The position numbers and the translations under genes were made by a program. DNA of 64,000 nucleotides from Candidatus Saccharimonadota bacterium (GTDB lineage: Bacteria; Patescibacteriota; Saccharimonadia; Saccharimonadales; SLHW01), in assembly GCA_024635455.1 (NCBI GenBank), contig JAGXIU010000003.1, positions 3,966-67,965 of the forward strand, read 5' to 3'. Shown here piece by piece: positions 27,490 through 35,850 of this stretch (positions are counted from its first letter, which is position 1; the number at the start of each line of letters is the position of its first letter). Below the pieces are notes generated by a model, which saw nothing but the letters and a program-made list of their open reading frames with translations, ran no database searches and was not told the origin of the DNA.

Positions 27490-29274
27490 ATGTACGAAGA
27501 TAATACAAATCAGACGAATCCTATAGCACGTACCCGACTTTGGTATGTGTTTTTGTTATTGTTGTCATGTCTGGTATTAGTGCGTGTGTTTTATCTGCAA
27601 GTCATTCAGCACGATTACTATACAAGTGCGGCCCGTAGTGGTCAGTTCAAGGAATACGAAATTCCAGCTTCACGCGGCATCATAGAAGCGCACGACGGTG
27701 GTCGGGTCGTCCCAATTGTATTAAATGAACCAAAGTATACCTTATTTTTTGATCCACTTCATATAGAAGACTATCAAACAACTGCAGACACAATTCTAGC
27801 TGCAGTGCCGAGCATAGCTATCGATAGAGCTGATCTTTTAAGTATGATGCAACAAGATAGTCGTTACGTTATCGTCGCTAAGAAATTATCAGAAGAAAAA
27901 GCTGAGGAGCTTACAGCACTAGAGCTTCGGGGTGTAGGTTTACGTGAGGAGTCACAAAGAGCCTACCCACAGGGCGATTTAGCTGCTCAGGTGCTTGGAT
28001 TTGTGAATGACGAGGACCAAGGTGTCTACGGAGTGGAACAAGCTCTCAACGACGCATTGCGTGGTGTACCCGGCGAACTGCGGGCTGTGACAGACGCTCG
28101 CGGAGTTCCTCTGGCGGCCAATCCAGAGAACATTAGCGTTGAACCAAAGCAGGGAAGTCGAGTGCTGCTCACACTAGATGTCGGCTTACAAAAGCAACTT
28201 GAGGATATTTTAGAAAGTGGGCTCGAACATGCTGGCTCAGACACTGGCGGAGCGCTTATAATCGATGCCAATACAGGTGCAATAAAGGCTATGGCTAATT
28301 TACCGAGCTATAATCCAGCCCGCTTTACAGAAGTATCACAAGAAGAAAGTCACGTATTTACAAACGATCTGATTGCGTCCCCGCTAGAAATAGGGTCTAT
28401 CATGAAACCGTTTACGATGGCGGCAGCGTTGGACAGCGGAGTCGTGGATAAAAACACGACTTACTATGACCCGAATCAATTCACTATCGATGGGGCAACG
28501 ATTACAAACGTTGCAGAATCTAGCGGCGTTGGTATAAGGAGCATGGAAGATATTCTGCAGCTATCACTTAACACTGGTGCCACGTGGCTTCTGAAACAAA
28601 TGGGTGGCGGCGAGATTAATGAGCAAGCTCGTACGACATGGCATTCGTACATGACTGAGAAGTACTTTTTTGGAAGTAAGACAGGCATAGAGCAAGGTTA
28701 TGAAGCTACTGGCTCAGTACCATCGCCCGTGGACGGATTCGGGCTAAATATTCAATATGCCAACACTGCATTTGGGCAGGGTATGACTGCAACACCACTG
28801 CAGGCTGCCGCAGCGTTTGCAGCGATTGTGAATGGAGGCACATATTATCAGCCGAGGCTTGTCGATGCAGTATCTGATAATAGCGGTGGAAATACCCAGC
28901 TAATTGAGCCAGTTGTGAAGAAAGCCAACATTATTTCTCCAACTGCAAGTCGGGATACTCGAGATCTTCTCCTCAATGCATTCTCAATAAATTATCGAAC
29001 CTACGGTCTGGATGGATTACGAGAAGGGTACGATATTGGTGGAAAAACAGGAACTGCACAGGTGCCAAATCCTGAAGGAGGCTACTATGATTATCGATTC
29101 AACGGTACGTTTATTGGATTTGTCGAGGGACTCGACAAGACGTATGTCATAATAGCTCGAGTAGATGACCCCAGTATTGGTGGCTATGCAGGGTCGACAG
29201 CTGCCGGACCAATTTTTACACAGTTAGCCGAGGTCATGATTGACTCTTATGGCTTACAGCCCAAAGCCCAATAA
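27490..29274 (+). CDS. ftsI: Class B penicillin-binding protein / peptidoglycan D,D-transpeptidase FtsI
   Basis: N-terminal TM helix and dimerisation domain. SIMKPF (SxxK), SLN (SxN), KTGTA (KTG). Confidence 0.9.
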   Translation: MYEDNTNQTNPIARTRLWYVFLLLLSCLVLVRVFYLQVIQHDYYTSAARSGQFKEYEIPASRGIIEAHDGGRVVPIVLNEPKYTLFFDPLHIEDYQTTADTILAAVPSIAIDRADLLSMMQQDSRYVIVAKKLSEEKAEELTALELRGVGLREESQRAYPQGDLAAQVLGFVNDEDQGVYGVEQALNDALRGVPGELRAVTDARGVPLAANPENISVEPKQGSRVLLTLDVGLQKQLEDILESGLEHAGSDTGGALIIDANTGAIKAMANLPSYNPARFTEVSQEESHVFTNDLIASPLEIGSIMKPFTMAAALDSGVVDKNTTYYDPNQFTIDGATITNVAESSGVGIRSMEDILQLSLNTGATWLLKQMGGGEINEQARTTWHSYMTEKYFFGSKTGIEQGYEATGSVPSPVDGFGLNIQYANTAFGQGMTATPLQAAAAFAAIVNGGTYYQPRLVDAVSDNSGGNTQLIEPVVKKANIISPTASRDTRDLLLNAFSINYRTYGLDGLREGYDIGGKTGTAQVPNPEGGYYDYRFNGTFIGFVEGLDKTYVIIARVDDPSIGGYAGSTAAGPIFTQLAEVMIDSYGLQPKAQ

Positions 29275-29297
29275 TGTTATACTAGGAGAAGCAATTT

Positions 29298-30341
29298 ATG
29301 ATTGAAACTATAGAAATTATCGTCGAAACTAGCGTAGTCTTGCAGATTTTATCACTGGCGTTCATAACCTTCATCGTCAGCATGTTGTTGACTCCAGTCT
29401 ATACATCGATAGCTTTTCGAGGAAAGTGGTGGAAGCAGCAACGTTCTGAAGCATGGTCGGGTGGCCAGGCCAGTGTATACAAGAAGCTGCATGCAGCTAA
29501 GCACAAACGTAACATTCCAACTATGGCTGGTATTATTTTTGTCACCAGCATCTTAATCGTGACGCTGCTGCTCAATTTAGACCGCGGTCAGACGTGGCTA
29601 CCACTAGCGGCTATGGTGGGATCTGGTTTAATCGGTTTCGTCGACGACTGGATAAATATTCGGGGTAAAAATAATGTACTTGCTGGCATGAAAGCTAAAA
29701 TTAAATTTGCACTACATAGTGCAGTTGCGCTCATTGGGGGTTGGTGGTTCTTCGCTAAACTTGATGTCTCTAGCATCAGCTTTCCTTTTTTCGGAGAAAT
29801 TGTGCTCGGCTTCGGTATTGTTATATTGTTTTGGTTTGTGGTCATCGCTACAGCGAATGCAGTTAATATAACTGATGGTTTAGATGGTCTAGCCGGTGGA
29901 TTGCTGGTGTCATCTTTTTCGGCATATACAGTAATTTGTATCATGCAAGGGCAGTATGCATTGGCGGCTTTTTGTTTAAGTATTGTTGGCGCGTTACTTA
30001 GCTACACCTGGTTCAATGTTTATCCAGCGCGCTTTTTTATGGGCGATGTAGGGTCATTCTCGCTCGGTACAGCGCTGGGTGTCATTGCTATGCAAACTGA
30101 CACGATATACGTATTACCAGTAATTGGCCTTGTATATGTCGCAGAAACTGGCTCAGTCATAATAAATCGTACATCAAAGAAGTTGAGAAAGGGCAAGAAG
30201 GTGTTTTTGTCTTCACCAATCCATCATCATTTTGAAGCAATTGGTTGGCCTGAAACGAAGGTAACCATGCGTTTTTGGATTCTCGGCCAAGTTTCAGCCG
30301 TTCTCGGTCTGATAGTATACGTGTTCGGCAGCATTTATTAG
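29298..30341 (+). CDS. mraY: Phospho-N-acetylmuramoyl-pentapeptide transferase
   Basis: NAVNITDGLDGLAGG, PARFFMGDVGS, HHHFE motifs. 10 TM helices. Confidence 0.95.
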   Translation: MIETIEIIVETSVVLQILSLAFITFIVSMLLTPVYTSIAFRGKWWKQQRSEAWSGGQASVYKKLHAAKHKRNIPTMAGIIFVTSILIVTLLLNLDRGQTWLPLAAMVGSGLIGFVDDWINIRGKNNVLAGMKAKIKFALHSAVALIGGWWFFAKLDVSSISFPFFGEIVLGFGIVILFWFVVIATANAVNITDGLDGLAGGLLVSSFSAYTVICIMQGQYALAAFCLSIVGALLSYTWFNVYPARFFMGDVGSFSLGTALGVIAMQTDTIYVLPVIGLVYVAETGSVIINRTSKKLRKGKKVFLSSPIHHHFEAIGWPETKVTMRFWILGQVSAVLGLIVYVFGSIY

Positions 30342-30359
30342 CATAATCACTAAAATCTA

Positions 30360-31637
30360 ATGAAAAACAAAAGAATCAGAAGAACAAGAAGCACGGTTTT
30401 CGGCCAGGATGTTGGGTCACGTCGACATCGGCCTGACTACGCTTTGGGTATCATCAGTCTAATTTTACTCAGTGTAGGTCTCGTTGTTGTGTATGCTATG
30501 AGCCCTGGACTTAGCACTCTTGCACAAGTTGAAGACACACACTTTATATACCGGCAAATGCTAGCAATTGGTTTGGCTTTAGTCGCTTTTATTATCTTTG
30601 CTCGGTTACCTTTTACATTCTGGCGGACACTCACGCGTCCCCTGATAGTAGTAACGCTGGTCGCTTTACTTGCAACACAGTTTATCGGTAGCGGTGGAGC
30701 TAATGCATCTCGTTGGGTGCAGATTGGTGGACTATCATTTCAGTCTGTCGAACTACTTAAATTCACCTTGATTATATGGTTGTCTGGATTTCTTGCCATG
30801 CGACAACGCAACCAAGAACTAAATGATATACAAAAAACCTTAAAGCCAATTGCCATAGTACTACTTGTCACCGGTTTTGTTGTTGCGGTCTTGCAAAGTG
30901 ACCTGGGCTCTATGGGGGTTGTCGCTGCCATTATTGTGGCAATGCTGTTTGTTGCTGGTCTATCATTCCGTTGGATGGCAGTTGGTCTCGCTAGCGTATT
31001 AATAGGCGGACTGGTGCTAATTGCTAGCAGCCCGTACCGACAAGAGCGGGTGGCTACGTTCTTGAACCCCCAGTCAGACTGCCTAGAAGAGGGTTATCAG
31101 GCTTGTCAGGCGCTTATTGCAGTAGGTTCAGGCGGTTTATTTGGTAAAGGAATAGATAGGAGCGCACAAGCGTACGGGTACTTACCAGAAGCTGCAAATG
31201 ACTCTATCTTCGCAGTGTTGGCGGAGATGTTTGGGTTCCTTGGTGTCGTTGCGGTCGTAGGACTATTCATTGCATTATTTACTCGTATGGTACGAATAAT
31301 AGAACGTGCACCAAATAATGAAAGTAGGCTAATCGTAGTTGGTGTATTAGCGTGGTTAAGTACACAGGCATTCATAAATATAATGGCAATGGTTGGCTTA
31401 TTTCCGCTCAAAGGAATTACGCTACCATTTATTAGTTATGGTGGTACGAGCTTAATTTTTGTAACGGCAGCAGTCGGCTTAGTGTTCAATATCTCTCGTT
31501 ATACGACGTATTCAGTACATGATGATATGCTAAGTAAAAGATTTCTAGGTAAGCGAAAGGAGCGGAGGCGTGAAGATTCTACTCAGCGGCGGCGGTACGG
31601 GAGGACACATTACTCCCATTCGCTCCATCGCTCATGA
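30360..31637 (+). CDS. ftsW: SEDS-family peptidoglycan glycosyltransferase FtsW/RodA
   Basis: Polytopic protein. SFQSVELLKF, PEAANDSIFAVLAEMFGF, PLKGITLPFISYGGTS. Confidence 0.9.
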   Translation: MKNKRIRRTRSTVFGQDVGSRRHRPDYALGIISLILLSVGLVVVYAMSPGLSTLAQVEDTHFIYRQMLAIGLALVAFIIFARLPFTFWRTLTRPLIVVTLVALLATQFIGSGGANASRWVQIGGLSFQSVELLKFTLIIWLSGFLAMRQRNQELNDIQKTLKPIAIVLLVTGFVVAVLQSDLGSMGVVAAIIVAMLFVAGLSFRWMAVGLASVLIGGLVLIASSPYRQERVATFLNPQSDCLEEGYQACQALIAVGSGGLFGKGIDRSAQAYGYLPEAANDSIFAVLAEMFGFLGVVAVVGLFIALFTRMVRIIERAPNNESRLIVVGVLAWLSTQAFINIMAMVGLFPLKGITLPFISYGGTSLIFVTAAVGLVFNISRYTTYSVHDDMLSKRFLGKRKERRREDSTQRRRYGRTHYSHSLHRS

Positions 31638-32736
31638 CTTGAAGCAACAGTCTCCTCGCGCACATATAACCTATGTAGGGGAGCGAAAGGGACGTTTTGC
31701 ACATGTGCTTGCAGGCAATAAAGATATTGATAAGACCTATAGCATTTTCTCTGGGAAGTATCGACGTTATCACGGCGAGACATTGCTGCAAAAAATGATC
31801 GATATTAAGACCATTGTATTAAATATTCGGGATGTTTTTTTCGTTGCTATAGGGGTTGTCCAGTCGCTCGTTTTGCTTGCATTGAATCGACCTGACGTTG
31901 TGTTTCTAAAGGGGGGTTATGTTGGCGTTCCAATCGGATTGGCAGCAGCGTTATATCGCATTCCAATTGTAACCCATGACTCTGATGCAGTTGCTGGCTT
32001 AGCTAACAGAATGGTGAGCCGTTGGGCAACCTTGCACGCAACTGCTTTGCCCGTCAACCAATACGCTTATCCAGAGAGTAAGACACTCGAAACAGGTGTT
32101 ATCGTTAGCAGTGAATATCGTCTTGTAGATAGCGATGCAAAGCAGGCTTTTCGTCGCGAATTGGCGTTACCACAAAATGCAAAAATATTATTTATCACCG
32201 GTGGTAGCAGCGGCGCGGCAGCTATAAACCAAACAGTCACCAGCATTATAGAAGATATTATTGACCTTGATCCTGATGTATATATTATCCACCAAGTAGG
32301 GAAGGGGAAGCAGGGGGTGTATAAGAGGACTGACTATAGGCAGCTTGAAGTCCATGAGTTTATTGACGGTTTATATAAGTATAGCGGTGCGGCAGATTTA
32401 ATTATCACGAGGGCAGGGGCAAATACACTGGCGGAGTTTGCTGTGCAGGCAAAGCCTTGCATCGTTATACCGAGCCCGCACTTTGCAGGTGGTCATCAAT
32501 TGGAAAATGCAAATTTTGTGCGTGAGCGCGAGGCTGCAGTTGTTTTAGATGAGCAGACAATATTGCAAGATCCGTCGCTGCTAAATCAATCAATCGCGAA
32601 CGTACTTCTTGATAAAAGAGCCCAGAAAAAACTAGCCGACAACATACATAAACTCGCTCGTCTGGACGCTAGTAGTGTCATTGCTCAAAAACTGCAGGAC
32701 ATAGCTACAAAAAGTAAAAAACACAACAAACTATAA
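31570..32736 (+). CDS. murG: UDP-N-acetylglucosamine--N-acetylmuramyl-(pentapeptide) pyrophosphoryl-undecaprenol GlcNAc transferase
   Basis: GTG start. KILLSGGGTGGHITP and the C-terminal GANTLAE...PSPHFAGGHQLENA motif. Overlaps the basic tail of ftsW by 68 nt. Confidence 0.9.
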   Translation: MKILLSGGGTGGHITPIRSIAHDLKQQSPRAHITYVGERKGRFAHVLAGNKDIDKTYSIFSGKYRRYHGETLLQKMIDIKTIVLNIRDVFFVAIGVVQSLVLLALNRPDVVFLKGGYVGVPIGLAAALYRIPIVTHDSDAVAGLANRMVSRWATLHATALPVNQYAYPESKTLETGVIVSSEYRLVDSDAKQAFRRELALPQNAKILFITGGSSGAAAINQTVTSIIEDIIDLDPDVYIIHQVGKGKQGVYKRTDYRQLEVHEFIDGLYKYSGAADLIITRAGANTLAEFAVQAKPCIVIPSPHFAGGHQLENANFVREREAAVVLDEQTILQDPSLLNQSIANVLLDKRAQKKLADNIHKLARLDASSVIAQKLQDIATKSKKHNKL

Positions 32737-32740
32737 GGTT

Positions 32741-33700
32741 ATGAAACTTTTTACTACCAAAAAAACTAACCAGAGAAACCGGTCGCGGATTCGGCCAAAA
32801 TCACCTGGCTCTAGTAAGGCAAGCAATACATACAGCACGCATAATCAGCCGCGACGATCACCAATCAGCGGTGATACAAGAACACGCAATAGTGTCGGTG
32901 GTGGAGCCCCTGCGTCAGGCCCGAAGTATCCATGGAGGTGGCTACCGCTTACCGTGATTGGTGTAGTGATTATTGGGCTTCTCCTTTATACAAGTTTTGT
33001 TGACGTAAGCAATCCTAAGGTGCGAATTATAGCTCCGAACCAAGCAGAAACATTTACGGTTGTGAAGGATGATATCCTAAGAGAGAACGCATATATGGAA
33101 GCAACAGCTGCAGCGCTTCGTGAGTCGATACTTAGCCGTAGTAAGTTTACCGTTAATAAGTCACGCATTGAATCGGCACTAATTGCAGAGTTCCCTGAGA
33201 TCCAGCTGGCTTCACTTCAATTTCATCTTATCGATAAAACACCAATAATTCGCCTCGTGCCACGTAATCCGGTGTTGTTGGTCGAGTCAACCCAAGACAA
33301 CACTCGTTATTATGTAGATGCAAATGGTGTTGTCATGGCTCAAAAATCAACGAATACAAGTGAAGATTCACCGTTAAGAACTGTGGTTGATGAGTCAGGC
33401 CTTGAGCTAATTCCGGGAAGCCGCGTCCTGCCGGTGGATACGATACGCTTTATTGATCAGGTTGAAGAACAGTTTAACGCGGCTGATCTACGTATTCAAT
33501 CGATGTCTTTGCCTGCCGTCGCGAATGAGCTGCATGTTCGGGTAGTGGGGGACGAATTTGTCGGTAAGTTTGATATAACTGCCGACGTTCGTATACAGGC
33601 CGGTACGTTTATTGCTGTTCGTGAACAATTAAACCAAGATAACATTCAGCCTCGCGAGTACATTGACGCGCGTATACAGGGAAGAGCCTACTACAGGTAG
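32741..33700 (+). CDS. ftsQ: FtsQ/DivIB-like cell-division protein
   Basis: Basic N-terminal tail, one TM helix (LPLTVIGVVIIGLLLY), POTRA-like region. Lies after murG. Confidence 0.6.
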   Translation: MKLFTTKKTNQRNRSRIRPKSPGSSKASNTYSTHNQPRRSPISGDTRTRNSVGGGAPASGPKYPWRWLPLTVIGVVIIGLLLYTSFVDVSNPKVRIIAPNQAETFTVVKDDILRENAYMEATAAALRESILSRSKFTVNKSRIESALIAEFPEIQLASLQFHLIDKTPIIRLVPRNPVLLVESTQDNTRYYVDANGVVMAQKSTNTSEDSPLRTVVDESGLELIPGSRVLPVDTIRFIDQVEEQFNAADLRIQSMSLPAVANELHVRVVGDEFVGKFDITADVRIQAGTFIAVREQLNQDNIQPREYIDARIQGRAYYR

Positions 33701-33738
33701 GCTCGCAATAAGCAATAATCCCCCAGCCTCTCCTGCTC

Positions 33739-34380
33739 AGTGTTCGCAATTTGTTCTATTTGATGAATATACTACTACGCTAAAAAACTATACAAAAATA
33801 TAAAAGCAGGGGAATGTCAAAAAAATATATATAAAACAGGAAAGTGGGGAAATTGCAAACTTTTATAATGGATCAGAGTAAAAAGCAAATGTTTTCACGT
33901 ATAAAGCGACATAACTGTGGATAAGTCAAATATGATGTAAATATACACACGTTTCTATGCCCATAGTCGAGGGGGGCATACTTGAGGCTATAACAGCTGA
34001 GCATAACGTACAGTGCAGTTAATAGCATCTGAGCTTGGTGTAAACCGACACATACACCACAAAACAGAAATCCCCTGTAGTAGTAGATGATTGCTTATAC
34101 CTGGGTAACAATGAATACTAAGTCGTAAAAGATATATTGTGCGACGTTGTAGTTAGCGCTCCGGGGTAGTGCTCTGCTAGCTGGTTTGTGCTTTGTTTTG
34201 AGCTTCTATTCTTCTATTATTTATATTTTTCGTTATGTTTGTGCGCTGGTATCTTTTTTCTGCTACTTTCCTACTTTGATCTCTATACGATTAGTCCTAC
34301 AACTAATTTTACGTTTTACCTGTATTTAGTTCATTATTTGGCTACACTTATCCTACTATAAAAGTGTTCGCAATTTGTTC
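33739..34380 (+). repeat. 18-bp perfect direct repeats (AGTGTTCGCAATTTGTTC at 33739-33756 and 34363-34380) bounding an ORF-free segment
   Basis: Exact 18-mer read twice in the same orientation, 624 bp apart, inside the ftsQ-downstream non-coding region. Confidence 0.8.
33770..34085 (+). ncRNA. Candidate structured RNA with RNase P-like P4 signature (very tentative)
   Basis: ACAGGAAAGUGGGGA (33836-33850) and ACAGAAAUCCCCU (34064-34076) carry the GGAAAGU and ACAGAA motifs next to complementary GGGGA/UCCCC. Flanking 9-bp helix UACUACUAC/GUAGUAGUA. The region is AT-rich and other RNase P conserved regions were not found. Confidence 0.2.
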
Positions 34381-34596
34381 ATTAATATTGCAGTTTTTGT
34401 TAGCACGTCTGAAAGAGCATACTCTCCTAACCTGCCAACAGGCACACAAGTCGGCTGTTGCTACTTATCAATCTTAGCTTTGGGTTTATTACGACTAGTT
34501 CTACCTTAAGTGTAGCCACTACTGATACTGCCCTTAAGTCTTGTAAGCAGATACTGCACAGCAGCAGATGTATTCTTATAGAAAATGGAAGCTTTT

Positions 34597-35634
34597 CTAT
34601 TGCTCAGCGACGGTGTAGGTGGCTTTAGCAACCCGCTTGAACTGAGGTTTACCTTGAAGGTTCAGTAATATAGTAGTCTCTTTAACATAGCGACTTTTCA
34701 GGACTTCCCGAACAATATCATCGCGGTGGAGTGGCGCACCGGCTTTCTTTAAGACGTCAGTGATGGTATCAGCGACGGTGCCTTTCTTGAAGCCCCATTC
34801 CTTGAGCGCATATATACCACGGCCGACGAGCACGAATCGCTTATCTTTGATAAGTTCATTATGGATAGCTTGTACAGTAACGTCGTTTCGTTTGAAGCCA
34901 CTTTCTTGAATTGCTTTGGCGATTTCATTGAAGTGCAGGTGTTTGCCGTTTTCGTATAGAATAACGTATATCTTGTCTCGAATGTTCTTTGGGTTGACCA
35001 TAGGCCATTTCGTAAGCCCCCAGCGGCCATTTAGCGTTGCGATATGCTTCGAGGCACGAGCTAAGCCTTCTACGTGCTTTTCGTCAGTGATCTTTGCTTG
35101 TTTCGCAATTGCAGCTATGGTGGTTGGTTTACCAATATCTTTTACTGCTGTTAAGACTTGGTCTACTCTTGCTTTTAACTGTTTTTCGTCGTGCTCGGAT
35201 TTAAGCCCAGTTACTTGGTAGAATGTGTCGTTTTCGTCAACTACTACAAGGTCTGCGCAGAGTGATGCAATAAATGCGACGCGAGCATGCTCGATACGAC
35301 TTGGCTTTTCAACGAATTGCTGTGTAAGGTCTTTGATACGTGCTACTTTTGTAGTGTTTTTGAGGTGGTCAATAAGTTCTATTTGTAGATTCTTGACGTG
35401 AGGAACGTTCCCCTCCTCTGCCTGCATCTTCAATCGGATAACAACGGCCTTTTCTAACTGACGAACACGCTCTCTGGTGATGCCAAGTAGCTCACCGATT
35501 TGCTCTAGTGTTTCCTTGCGATCAAACAATCCAAATCGGCGTGACACGATTTCTCGTTCACGTTCTCGTTCTATAGTTTGTAAAATGTCGGTAACGATTT
35601 TCTCGGTGTTACGTTCAGATTTAGGCTCTGTCAT
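34597..35634 (-). CDS. Sigma-70 region-4 HTH protein fused to three HARE-HTH/RpoE(delta)-N-like winged-helix repeats
   Basis: N-terminus EIVSRRFGLFDRKETLEQIGELLGITRERVRQLEKAVVIRLK (sigma region 4.2). Then three repeats ending in WGLTKW / YALKEWGF / ATYTV. Confidence 0.6.
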   Translation of the reverse strand: MTEPKSERNTEKIVTDILQTIEREREREIVSRRFGLFDRKETLEQIGELLGITRERVRQLEKAVVIRLKMQAEEGNVPHVKNLQIELIDHLKNTTKVARIKDLTQQFVEKPSRIEHARVAFIASLCADLVVVDENDTFYQVTGLKSEHDEKQLKARVDQVLTAVKDIGKPTTIAAIAKQAKITDEKHVEGLARASKHIATLNGRWGLTKWPMVNPKNIRDKIYVILYENGKHLHFNEIAKAIQESGFKRNDVTVQAIHNELIKDKRFVLVGRGIYALKEWGFKKGTVADTITDVLKKAGAPLHRDDIVREVLKSRYVKETTILLNLQGKPQFKRVAKATYTVAEQ

Positions 35635-35850
35635 TTCTATTCATTCCTTGCCCACCAACGCTTACGTTTTATTAATTGTAAAACATATATACAGAAAAGT
35701 CAACTCGGACTTGTACTAGATATATTTTAGCATGAAATGGACGTTTATACCTAATACATGACATGTTAATATCTGCAGATAACGATAGTCAGCTCATATC
35801 AAGTATCCGCATATAAAACCAGATGTAGAATATTAGTGTAGTACTGACTG

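Noticed and set aside
31570-31637. The 68-nt ftsW/murG overlap as a possible frameshift or fusion artefact.
   Set aside because: MurG starts with its normal KILLSGGGTGGH N-terminus at GTG 31570, and the FtsW core is complete. The overlap only involves a basic, probably disordered FtsW tail.
33906-33934. Possible dif/Xer site GCGACATAA-CTGTGG-ATAAGTCAAAT at the strand-switch point.
   Set aside because: The XerD-arm-like half matches 8/11, but the inner arms (CATAA / ATAAG) lack the required inverted symmetry (CATAA...TTATG). In addition, the same 14-mer recurs upstream of mraZ.
33701-34596. Interpretation of the ORF-free region as oriC.
   Set aside because: There is only one perfect DnaA box and no cluster of near-consensus boxes. 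No dnaA or dnaN is nearby. The flanking genes converge on the region rather than diverge from it. The question is left open as a landmark to test by GC skew.
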